Below the pieces are notes generated by a model. The model ran no database searches. It was given only the letters and a program-made list of their open reading frames with translations, and was not told the DNA's origin. A DNA stretch of 64,000 nt. Source: Catajapyx aquilonaris (lineage: Eukaryota). Location of the stretch: contig KZ537969.1 of the NCBI GenBank assembly GCA_000934665.2, positions 124,001 through 188,000 of the forward strand. Reading direction: 5' to 3'. The position numbers and the translations under genes were made by a program. This document shows, one piece after another, positions 1 through 10,132 of the stretch; position 1 is the first letter of the stretch; the number at the start of each line of letters is the position of its first letter.

Positions 1-190
1 ATTATAGTAGTGATAGTGGGCCTGTTAAGTGTCTCATTATCTTAGTATTATTCACTTGCACTGTATATCTTCTCACATAATAAGATTGGACATATTGACG
101 CATGTAGAGCCAAAGTAACTATAATATACCTGCATTGTTGAGTTGACAATAATGGCAACATTGGTCCAATTTATATTATAAGTATCTCAG

Positions 191-1757
191 CAACAGGCAA
201 ACAGCTATGTAATCGGCACCCTTCGAAGTGTGCATACGTGCATTATGGGTTCCAAAATAAAATACTTTCGTGATGGAGACCATTTTTGGGAAGTCTACTG
301 GAAATACCTGCGGAGCCATAACCCGGAAGATGAGCCTGACAAAGAGGCGGTGCTGGAATGGATCATGAGAACCGTATGTTGGACAATAGTTGTACTAATA
401 GTGTTTCACCCATTATGCTTTACCTGCACCTTTCTTAAATAGTGCCCATGGAGGAAGAAACGACTATCCTTAGTAGATTCTCCTCCTGCACCAAAGTATG
501 GCATGCGACTTTTGATGGAGCGTCATAATGCTCTACGACCAGAACAGCACTTCCGGCAAATTTATGATGAAAGAGCAGAAATGGTGAGGTTTATTTTTAA
601 AAATTCAAACCCCGGATTGAGTTTACCATATTTGATTTGGTGAATAATAAAGTAACATCCACGATTAATTTCCAATCATTTTATTCCCCAAATGGATCTG
701 GTTACAGGTTAAACTGCGTGGTCCTGGACACTATGACCATGGCCGATGGCCAGACAAGCAGTTTCGACATTGTAATCGCCATTCGGGTTTCTATAAATAT
801 CCACCCCATGAAGAACGTAAACCTACGCCTGAGACGAGGTACAAGTGGTACCGTCCTCCGCCCATGACAAATCGTCCCATCAGGCATGAAAATCAGTTCT
901 GGTTATCCCCTGCTCCAGAGCCAGTCAGTATACCTCTGTTTCTCTCCAAGTCGGAAATAGAACTACATTTTTTTTGCTATAATTTCTAATGCGCTCGTAC
1001 TAACAACAACTTGCTTCAGAAACCTGCGGCGCCCTTCTCTTACTTCCCGGTAGGCTATAAAGGCAAGTACCTGAACGAGGACGTGCTGGATTACTTAACG
1101 AAATTGTCAAGATCACCACCATTCGCCAGCAATGAGGACTACATGAGGGACTACTTGAAGGTAGCTGCCAAGTGGAGGTGCACCCACAACCCTCTCGACT
1201 ACTACCGGCATGATGGGCAGAAAGCGCAGAAGAAGAACAGTTTTGTGACGGAAACCGAATTTCCGACTGTCCATTCTGCCGCCTGGTCCACAACGACAGC
1301 GATGAATTTGGTGTTACCAGAGGACTTTAAGCATTCCTCTGGAGATCACTCCCGGCGCAAGAAAGGACAGGCGACGGCTGGCCATATGTTGGTACCACAT
1401 GACTTCAAGTACACCCCTATTGACTACTCCTGGCGTACCGGTAATAGGAGAGGTTCGCAAAGACGCAGTTGGGTTCCTACAGAAGGAATGGCGTACTCAT
1501 CTGAAGACTATAACCGGCTTAGGGCAGCAGCCAAAAGGATTAGCATTGACTTGCCAGATATGTACCCCGAATCCGACGAAGACATCCCTGAGGAGGGACA
1601 AAAGATAACTTTGGCTTCACCAGATGAAAGCGACGTCTCATCGGGCTCGGGAGATCGTCCCGACATACTTGAGAGTGAAAGAGCACCAAACACGAAGAAG
1701 GAGAAGAAGAAGAAGAAGAAGAAGAAGCAGCAGCAGCAGAAGAAGAAGAAGAAGTAG
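191..1757 (+). CDS. 3' exons of an unidentified spliced gene (191-373, 443-583, 708-923, 1020-1757) with a Lys/Gln-rich C-terminus; start probably upstream of the window
   Basis: Four open segments joined in frame by GT-AG introns, all phase 0 (QQANSY...WIMRT | CPWRKK...RAEM | VKLRGP...PAPEP | KPAAPF...KKKKK*). No recognisable domain. Confidence 0.65.
1694..1754 (+). repeat. (AAG)n/(CAG)n coding microsatellite
   Basis: aagaagaag...cagcagcagcag aagaagaag, encoding the poly-K/Q tail. Confidence 0.9.
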
Positions 1758-2672
1758 GAGCCATCAAATGCATATTCGTTTATGCACATCTAGGGGGTGA
1801 AGGTGAATAGCAATATTCTGTGTTAAATATATTGCAATGCCGACAATTTCAAACTGATGTATACTTTGGTGAGAAATATACATTTTACAAACCATGCAGT
1901 ACCGTACCGTAATACTGATCCTCAAAATGAATATTTATTGGGAAGCACGGCTTGGTTAAGTCGAAATATTTTATCGCGAAATCAACAGTAGGTACTGAAT
2001 TTCTGCATCGTAACTGCAGCTGTGTCGAGCAAGATACCTATTCAAGTATTCAAGGTATTCAAGTAGTCTATAGTTGAGTCACACAATTATTATGTTTAGC
2101 TGCAATTGACTGAACCGCCCATACAATTTTTAATTGAAAGTAAGCGTCAGTAACGGCAGCAATTACTGTGCATGCTGAAAAAAGTGCCACATGGCCCAAT
2201 TGATTGCTTCAAAGAGTTAAATCTTCCCACATCTCCTCTATATGCCAGTACTGTAGCCGTAGCCAGTACAGTACCGGTACTGTGTACACTTCAAAAGGCT
2301 TTTTTTTTGTACAAGGTCAGCATATTCACACGAATGACACCCCCATTTCTGCTGGCATTATTGATGCCACGGATCTGACGTCCTGAGGGGGTGGGTGGGT
2401 GCGTGCAAAGAGGCCAACAAGTAATTATACTGAAGTTCCCAAATATTTAATTCGGAAAAGCAAAATTCAACATTTAAAATCGAGCCACTTTCTACGCTGA
2501 ATATCGCACATTTTACATGGCACAGAAACCTATTCAAAGTAACATTATTATTATTTTGTATTGTTCTGAATACGGGATGTTAAAAAGCACAAGCGACCGA
2601 TACTGGCCAGGGTTGGTTCAAACCAAAATAAATGAAAATCTCCTTTAAAACTAGAATAATAAATTTAAAAAG

Positions 2673-2792
2673 ATGCCAAGTGCACCCGGCATTCCTAGGC
2701 GGTCACCCATCCAAGTACTACCCGGGCCCGACGTTGCTTAACTTCGGGGATCGGACGAGAACCGGTGCTTTCACCGTGGTATGGCCCTTGGC
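2673..2792 (-). rRNA. 5S rRNA: 5S rRNA, full-length copy A
   Basis: Reverse complement reads GCCAAGGGCCATACCACGGTGAAAGCACCGGTTCTCGTCCGATC...GTAGTACTTGGATGGGTGACCGCC...CTTGGCAT, followed by a T-run Pol III terminator. Confidence 0.96.
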
Positions 2793-2895
2793 GAGAGGGT
2801 GAGTGGATTGTGGGGGTACTTGGATCGAGTATGTGTGGGTAAGAGTATCAGTGTACAGTACACTTATCACATCCTCTCTCCCATCTCGTATCTCA

Positions 2896-3002
2896 GCTAA
2901 GGGGCATACCGCGTTGAGAGCACCGGTTCTCGTCCGATCAACGAAGCTACGAAGGTGGTAGGTCCCGGGACCCCGGGTAGTACTTGGATGGGCAACATTT
3001 TT
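2896..3002 (+). pseudogene. Diverged, 3'-truncated 5S rRNA copy B, head-to-head with copy A
   Basis: GCTAAGGGGCATACCGCGTTGAGAGCACCGGTTCTCGTCCGATCAACGAAG...CCCGGGTAGTACTTGGATGGG, then a premature T-run; internal insertion and substitutions. Confidence 0.85.
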
Positions 3003-3107
3003 ACCTTCGGTGATCCGGTGCTTTTGGTGATCCAGTTTCCAGTGTACAATTTTGTGAGGAGTGAATACCCCCTTGATTTTTGCCTTATCCATTTTTAAAA
3101 AAAAGAT

Positions 3108-3444
3108 CCATTCATCCCCTCTCCCCCGTGGACTGCCCACCCTCCTCCTTTTTGACAGTTCCCGCCAGGAATCGATCGACTCCTGGCAGCTTCCCGCCTC
3201 CAGATGGCGCTGGCGTCGGACTCTCGTTACGCATCTTCTCCGATTTATCCCACTACAATGCGAATTAATATTGTCCATTGCACGTGTGAAAAAGTGGCCT
3301 GAGACTGCACAGCATCCGGCCCAATTACCCCCGCCCTCTTTAAATGACCAATTAAATTTGCCAGAGCCTTTCGATGGGTGTGGTGAAGGGTGCGAGCGCG
3401 TCCCTTCCCGTGATGGAGAGGGACCTGGGTGAGATGGGAAAAGC
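3108..3444 (+). promoter_or_regulatory. snRNA upstream promoter region of U5
   Basis: Near-identical inverted copy upstream of U1 (4933-5271); both end TGGGAAAAGC immediately before the snRNA start ATACT. Confidence 0.8.
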
Positions 3445-3561
3445 ATACTCTGGTTCCTCTTCAATCCTCGTGTAAATCTTTCGCCTTTTACTAAAGATTT
3501 CCGTGGAGAGGTACACTCTGAGTCTTATGTAATTTCTTGTCGCCTGCCTGGAGCAGGCGGA
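3445..3561 (+). ncRNA. U5: U5 spliceosomal snRNA
   Basis: ATACTCTGGTTCCTCTTCA...AAATCTTTCGCCTTTTACTAAAGATTTCCGTGGAGAGG (invariant loop I GCCTTTTAC); Sm-like site AATTTCTTG; 3' hairpin CGCCTGC/GCAGGCG. Confidence 0.95.
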
Positions 3562-3635
3562 TAAACAAATCAAAAGACAATACTCAAATTACACAGGTGG
3601 GCCACGAATGATCGGTCGGCGTGACTGCTCCAAGC

Positions 3636-3832
3636 TGCCGTGATACTAAATATATAATATTACCGTGATAATTTAATTTAATTTAATTTTATAATATTAC
3701 CGTGATAATATATAATATAATATTTTATATTTATATTTATATATGTTAGGTATGGTTAGGTTGGGTTAGTACATCGTACCCCTACCCCCGATTGTACCCC
3801 CTACCCCCCTACGTTGTACCCCCTACCCCCCG
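3636..3832. repeat. Low-complexity tandem repeats: ATAATATTACCGTGATAAT units, TTAGG-like units, TACCCCCTACCCCCC x3
   Basis: Directly visible tandem units. Confidence 0.7.
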
Positions 3833-4768
3833 ATGCTGAGGTAGGGCAGCAATATACTGACAGTGAGCAGGTTTGCATTTGCATCATTCATTAGCTGTGA
3901 CTCTACTGAAGCACCCGTAGCAGCAGGGACTAGCGCAAAAAAAAAAGTTCGGCTCCCGCTGCCTGAATCGTGTCCTAGAGCGCGTCCAACACCCGCATGT
4001 GACGTCACGGCGGGAGAGCGGTGATGCGCATTCGGACGCGCCAGTTGAGCCGAGGTAGGGTTAAGGAATACGCTACAATGTAATGAGGGCATTACCATGG
4101 AAATCTATGAATATTGTTAAATAGGTAATTGATAATTGGTTAATTGGGAATATGCGTGTTATGGATGTTAGGTTCATTTTCGGAAGCTGAAACATGCGGC
4201 ATTAAATTCCTTGAAAAATGTAACTCCCGATATGCTAATTTAAGGCGGTGTAGGGGCCTTCCCCCGGATTTCTATAAGGGACAAACATCCAAACTGACAA
4301 ACTTCCTTATTTATAGAGATAGAGATTTTGTCTGTATGGGCATAAAAATCATTTGACATTATGCCATTGTGGGAATGATTTATTGACGATTTTGATTCCG
4401 CATTTTCGTTTAAAGGTACTGTACTGTTAAAATTCATGTTGATCGATAAATTTTATACACAGGTGAAGTCATTTATTGGTTGGATCCGCACCAAATGACG
4501 TCCACGTTTAAGTATTTAATTTACGTGTGCACAATGGCCAATTTGAAAAACTACACGGATCTAGTAACATTGTCATATGTAAATGTACAGTACTTGTGAA
4601 GGGAAAAAAAGTAGACAATACGAGACAGTATTACGTATTATTTACTTCACAAAATATGCCATACGTTACATTGCATATTGCAATACGTCACATACTTTTG
4701 TAACCCAGGCAGACCCAGGTACGGTCATACCGCGGATACTTTCAGGTATTGTCTTTTGATTGATTGAT

Positions 4769-4932
4769 CGGGGGTTAGCGCGAACGCAGTCCCCCACTAC
4801 CAGAAATAACGCACTCGAGTTATCCACATTTGGGATAATCGCAGGGGTCAACCCAACCGTAGTGCAATGGAAGGGCCTCGCCCTGGGACAACCGCCTTGG
4901 TGATCAAGGTATGTCCCGTGCCAGGTAAGTAT
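4769..4932 (-). ncRNA. U1: U1 spliceosomal snRNA
   Basis: Reverse complement reads ATACTTACCTGGCAC...GATCACCAAG...CCATTGCACT...Sm-like site ATTTCTG...GTAGTGGGGGACTGCGTTCGCGCTAACCCC. Confidence 0.97.
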
Positions 4933-5271
4933 GCTTTTCCCACTGCCCACGGTCGCTCTCCATAGCGGGAGGAGACAAGCTCGCACCCCTTAGCCACACC
5001 CATCGAAAGGCTCTGGAAAATTAATTGGTCATTGAAAGAGGGAGGGGGTAATTGGACCGGATGCTGTGCAGTCTCTGGCCTCTTTTTCACATGTGCGACG
5101 GGCAATATTAATTCGCATTGTTGTGGGATAAATCGGAGAAGATGCGTAACGAGAGTCCGACGCCAGCGCCATCTGGACGTGGGAAGCTGCCCGGAGACGA
5201 TCGATTCCCGGCGGGAACAGTAAAAAGAGGGGAGAGGGTGAGTGACTGGAGGGGGGAGAGGGGATGAATGG
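4933..5271 (-). promoter_or_regulatory. snRNA upstream promoter region of U1 (inverted copy of 3108-3444)
   Basis: Long shared blocks such as TCCAGATGGCGCTGGCGTCGGACTCTCGTTACGCATCTTCTCCGATTTATCCCAC. Confidence 0.8.
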
Positions 5272-5337
5272 GACATGCAAATAAAGTATGAATAAGATCA
5301 CTCTTGATAAGATACACTAAAAGCGAGACTAAAAGAG

Positions 5338-5372
5338 TTGCCAAGTGCATTCAACGTGGTATGGCCCTTGGC
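5338..5372 (-). pseudogene. Internally deleted mini-5S (5' and 3' ends of 5S fused)
   Basis: Reverse complement reads GCCAAGGGCCATACCACGTTGAA-TGCACTTGGCAA followed by CTCTTTT. Confidence 0.8.
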
Positions 5373-5495
5373 TGAGATACGAGATGGGAGAGAGGCTGTG
5401 ATAAGATTAGTGTACTGTGCTGTGCAGTGTACTCACCATACCCGCACATAGCCACATACTCGATCCAAGTACCCCCACAATCCACTCACTCTCTC

Positions 5496-5615
5496 GCCAA
5501 GGGCCATACCACGTTGAAAGCACCGGTTCTCGTCCGATCCCCGAAGTTAAGCAACGTCGGGCCCGGGTAGTACTTGGATGGGTGACCGCCTAGGAATGCC
5601 GGGTGCACTTGGCAT
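5496..5615 (+). rRNA. 5S rRNA: 5S rRNA, full-length copy D
   Basis: 120-nt 5S sequence differing from copy A at one visible position (CCACGTTG vs CCACGGTG), followed by CATTTT. Confidence 0.96.
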
Positions 5616-7004
5616 CATTTTGCTGCCATGTCGAAGGCCTGCAAGAATTACTGTAACATGTAGAAAACTACGTAGAAATGAAAACTAGAAAAGCGTTTTA
5701 ATGCATCTTCAATAAATAACACATCAATTTCCAGCATCCGTAGGTCATAATGGATCATTCATTTTTGTCTTACATTGGTTTTTGATCTTGGGGCAGTAAA
5801 AAAAAAAAAACCAAGCTCATAGAAATATCTGGGTTACACCGAATCAAGTGGCTCCAAACTGTTCAACATGTCCAAGCCAGGAATACCTGTCCTGCTGGCC
5901 AAATCGATTGGTTCTCATCGGAGCAGGTTGAGTGATCCCAAGATTTTGATTCTCCACCTTAATTCCCACCTACTCGGAACCACAAGGGGAGGGGGTGCTG
6001 ATTAGGCGAGGTGGGGGCGATGGTGGGAGGGGGGAGTATTTGGGTGGTGGTAAACTGGGAGGGGAGAGAGAGAGATAAACACCTGTGAATGCAAGGCAGA
6101 TATAGTAGCTGCATTTTGCCTTATCTGAGTTGCAAATGCAAGGTCATTCCTCCCTCTTTTAAACAAGCCATAATTATGATCTTTTGTAGTATTCCAGAAC
6201 TGGGGCTTGGCGTGTGTCCTTGAGGAGGCCTTTAGTATGGATATAATAAATAATAAATAATTAATAATATTAATTACAAATAAATAATAGGCCTTTATGG
6301 TCGGGTCGGCGTAGCTCTGAAACAGTATGGATATAATACCGTCAGTTGTTGATTACATGACCACGGCAACAATGCCATTCAGCAATATCCATAGCTTCAT
6401 AATATCACCAATGATTGATCGCTGACGATTGCATTACCATGGAAACAGGCCGTGCAAAGAAGGGGTTGTAATCAAAGAGTTCTGCTACATAAGAGGGGAA
6501 CAACTCCCTATCCCTTCCCATTAGCCAGGCTGAGGAATGATAACCAATTGCCATGTAATCTCGCTTTAATTATATGGATTCATTAAAATACAGTTCAACA
6601 AATCGTACAAAATCCATACACATACTTGACTGTCCAAATGTGGGTGCATTTGCCTCTTGTGTGCCCCAGAGGGGACACCAGATTTCAACACTCTCTCAGA
6701 CAAGGAAAGTAAAAAATATTCCTATATTTCCCCATCGACATCATCATTCAAAAGTTTTGTTACAAAAACAATAAATAACTCACAACACCAATCAATATTC
6801 GAAGATTCATTACCAATCATATTCGGAACATGAAGGTGCAGCCATTATTCCCTGCATTCAATTCAAACACCAGTCTCTTAAAAATCTGAAGCAATACTGA
6901 GAAGGTTTGAACTTGTATCGTTAGCTGGGACTCTACTGAAGCACACGTGACTGCTGCCAGCTCTTTAGCAGGAGAAGAACATGCGCAAAAAAAAAATTAA
7001 AATG

Positions 7005-7195
7005 TAACAACTCTAGGTTTCTGAGGCCATCCTCAACTAATGCTAATAATCAACATGAAAGGCAAGAAGCATCACAGCAACATAAATGAAACTTAACAAC
7101 TACTGTAGGTTTCTCAGGCCATCCTGAACTTATTCTAATCAACTCTAAAGGCCATAAAAATCACAGCATCAGCAGCAAATGAAACTTAATAACTA
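7005..7195. repeat. Two-copy ~90 bp tandem duplication at the 3' end of the transposase gene
   Basis: TAGGTTTCTxAGGCCATCCTxAACT...ATCACAGCA...AAATGAAACTTAA present twice. Confidence 0.7.
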
Positions 7196-8834
7196 GTGTG
7201 ACCTCCATCGTTCTGGATGACCTGAGCAAGTCTGTCTGGCATGCTGGAGACCATATTTTGGAGTATCCACGGTCTGTTGGCAACAGATTCCCAGACGTCC
7301 CTGCAGTGCTCTTTGAGCAGGTCATCTCGGCGTTCAGTCCGATTGTCCCACTCCCTGACCATCATACCCCATACATTTTCTATGGGGTTGAGGTCAGGGG
7401 AGTAGGCTGGCCACTGCAGCAGCGATATCTTGGGGTCGTTCGCAATGTAGTCGGTCGTCCTGTGTATGCCTGCGTTATCTTGGACAAAGCGGATTCCCTG
7501 CTCCTCCGGGTACCTAGCCTGAAGTTCTGGGAGGAGGTCTGCTTCCAAAAGCTTCACATACCCCTCGGCGTTCATATGCCGAGGGGTAGAGGTGAAGACA
7601 ACAGCATCACCCCCCCGTATGGCGCCCCAGAAACCGGCAGTCACGTGACCACTGCGACCGGCTTCCAAGATGTGCTCTTGAGCATAGCTGCAACAATAAG
7701 ACCATATAAGTTGTTACGCCCCAACGTGAGCACGACATTGAGGACCATCTCATGAGCATGACGCCTTGGTTGAGCGCCGTCCCATTGGAGCGCTCATGTC
7801 ATGCGAAGTCGTTTCATGCAATTAACGCCATCTCAATCAGGGGTTTCGGCACAGAGGACGGAAGCTATATATCATTCTTAATGCTGAGCCACCATTAGAT
7901 TATATGAAAGTAAATTGAAAGAGACACATTTAGGCTTGAGGAAGTTTCATTTCGTAAGAGAGCGAAGCCAGTGCATAGACAACTCTCCGACCACCGCACC
8001 GTCCGGAAGTAGGGTCAACATCCGTAATAAGGTTACAGTGCTCTTCGATTACTTCCTAGCCAACCCACTATAAAATAACTTCCGTAACCCTTGGTCAATT
8101 TTACTAAAAACATGCCGCGCTCAAGTGGCTGACGCATTTCTTGCCCCTGACACAGACCGTGTTCCGTCTGGCCTCCAGCAGTGAAGGTTCCCCTGAACGT
8201 CTGAGCGGAAAGTCTTCTCGTCTGTGAATATCGTCTCCATCCAGAAACTAACTGGCTCTTCAAGGTAGTCCATGGCAAACTCAAGCCTGGCGTCCTTTTG
8301 TGCTTGAGTCAAGACAATCTTTTTCGCAGGCACCCGCCCCTTAATGCCTTTTTCCTTCAGCCTGTAAGCAACGGAATATGTGTGAGTCACTTATGAGGTC
8401 TTAATTTTAATCCTGATTTTCAATTAGCTTCAAGAGTGTAGAATTTGAAACACCGCGGGGGCCTCAGTGCCTCATGGGTCCTCCCATCAAAAACCCAACG
8501 CTCCTCACGTAGCATACCTCCTTCGCGCGGTCTTGAATTGTCCCGGAAAATCCGGGACATCTTGTCTCACAGTAGTGGTGCTTGGCTGGAACGGCCTCAG
8601 CCTCGCAGCCTCTACTAAGGCTTCATCTTGTTCTTGGGTGCTGACCCGCGGGCGGCCAGGAATTTTCCTTGTCTTCAACCCCTGCATGTCTTCCTCTGAA
8701 TACCGCTTCACCCACCTCTCAATTGATCGCACAGAGAGTGAGATCCCAGGTTGCTGGGCTATCAGTGCAGGCCTCATTCCTTTCTCATGGTAGGCCGCTA
8801 TCATGCCCCTCTCTTCCTGAGATGAGTGCGGCAT
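7186..8834 (-). mobile_element. Tc1-like DDE transposase gene with two introns (exons 8834-8518, 8361-8158, 7687-7186; 340 aa, frame intact)
   Basis: Paired-like HTH and GRPR motif; catalytic motifs IFTDEK, FVQDNA and WPAYSPDLNPIE; C-terminal GGHTSY; two phase-2 GT-AG introns restore a single frame. Confidence 0.85.
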
Positions 8835-8939
8835 GCTGTGTGAGCAAACAATGTGACCGAGTCAGTTGAACAATCATATTTGAGATGTAATGGTTGTAAT
8901 TCAGCATGGCAATGCGTAGGATAAGTAACAAATGCCCTG

Positions 8940-9246
8940 TAAAAGTTGATGACAATTTTTTCCCGGGCCTTGGAAACTGTTAAGCAGAGACATGGCCATT
9001 ACAATTATTATTACGTGTAATCCACAAAGCTTACCCACAACAGACCTTTTTCCAGCTCCACTCTGGATCCGCAAATAGACTACAGTATGAAAAAGAGACA
9101 AAACGAAGGCTGGGCCACCGGGTCAGGTGTATTCCTCACATGCACAGCACTTTGAAGGGTGTGATGAGCAACATAATTACGTTCTAATTAAGCTGCCTAT
9201 ATTTAGTTATGCTCCCCGCACTATTATATGCATTTAAAAGGCGCAT
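8940..9246. repeat. Dispersed repeat, uninterrupted copy; inverted homolog at 12721-12884 plus 13836-13970
   Basis: Clear reverse-complement similarity, e.g. TTCCCGGGCCTTGGAAACTGTTAAGCAGAGACATGGCCATTAC. Confidence 0.85.
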
Positions 9247-9694
9247 GAAAGGCGATGAAGGACATACAAGAAAAACAGAGCCATTGCCAAATTCATCAAT
9301 GCACTTGCTGAATGCCGGCTGACAGATCTAGCCAGCCCGTCACTGATCACTATACTACAGGTCATGAACCCTTTCTTACCTGAATCATCTACTACCGTGT
9401 ATGGCATCATAGCAAGTTGGAGATAGTACGAGAACACTCCTGGGACAATGTTGGCGCAGTTGAGACAGGACTATCTGCCATGCACAACAGATGCGTTTTA
9501 TAGTTCAACCAACATGATTGTGTAAACAGGTCTGCGGAGACACTGCATGCTAATGACGTGAAATCTGCAGCACTCGGTCATGCAATGAAACGTCTGGATG
9601 CCCTGAATGGCAGTACTCGCAGGGTCATTTGTTTGAGGCAAACTTTGTCTGGTATCAGTCGATAAATTTTATTTCCGCACAGCAATAATGCAAA

Positions 9695-10078
9695 TAGAGC
9701 TCTGAGCTAAGGGGCTACATAGCCGCCCATCGCCAGGCAGGTTGCACCAGCCTGAGATTGCTGGGATGCCGGAGGTCGTCATGAGAGAAGGCGGTGTGGC
9801 GTCGGTGTCTTGCCCGTTTCTAAGCACAGAAACCAGGCCGAAGTAGGGCTGTCCCAGCTCGGCCCTAGTTTTGTCAGTGTAATGGCACAACAAAGAGAGC
9901 TGCGAAGCCAGTCATTCGAGAGGTGGCACCAAGTATCCAGGGTCCATGGTCATCAGTCAACAGCACAAGGCGATGCGGTTGCAGTTTGAGAACGTCGGTC
10001 ATCCCGTACCCCACAGGAGTGAGCCGTGGTCGGACGAAAACAGCAAGATGCACTGCTGGCGGGAGAACAGGAGTCAGT
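9695..10078 (+). pseudogene. Degraded Tc1-like transposase remnant of the same family as 10133-12314
   Basis: Broken-frame peptides ELRGYIAAH, EIAGMPEV, ETRP, VIREVAP, KAMRLQF and SDENSKMHCWRE, ending at a GTAATT donor-like site. Confidence 0.7.
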
Positions 10079-10132
10079 AATTGACACCTGTTTAGTATGG
10101 CAACTCAAAGCTCGCAAAACATAACGAAAAAA

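Noticed and set aside
3003..3100. Sm-site-like AATTTTGTG after the 5S variant, possibly another snRNA or SL RNA
   Set aside because: No recognisable U2, U4, U11, U12 or SL structure and no splice-donor leader
2718..5350. ORFs 2718-3464, 3061-3432, 4666-4986, 4848-5276 and others, some similar to each other
   Set aside because: They overlap 5S, U1, U5 and the duplicated promoter; their similarity reflects the non-coding inverted repeat
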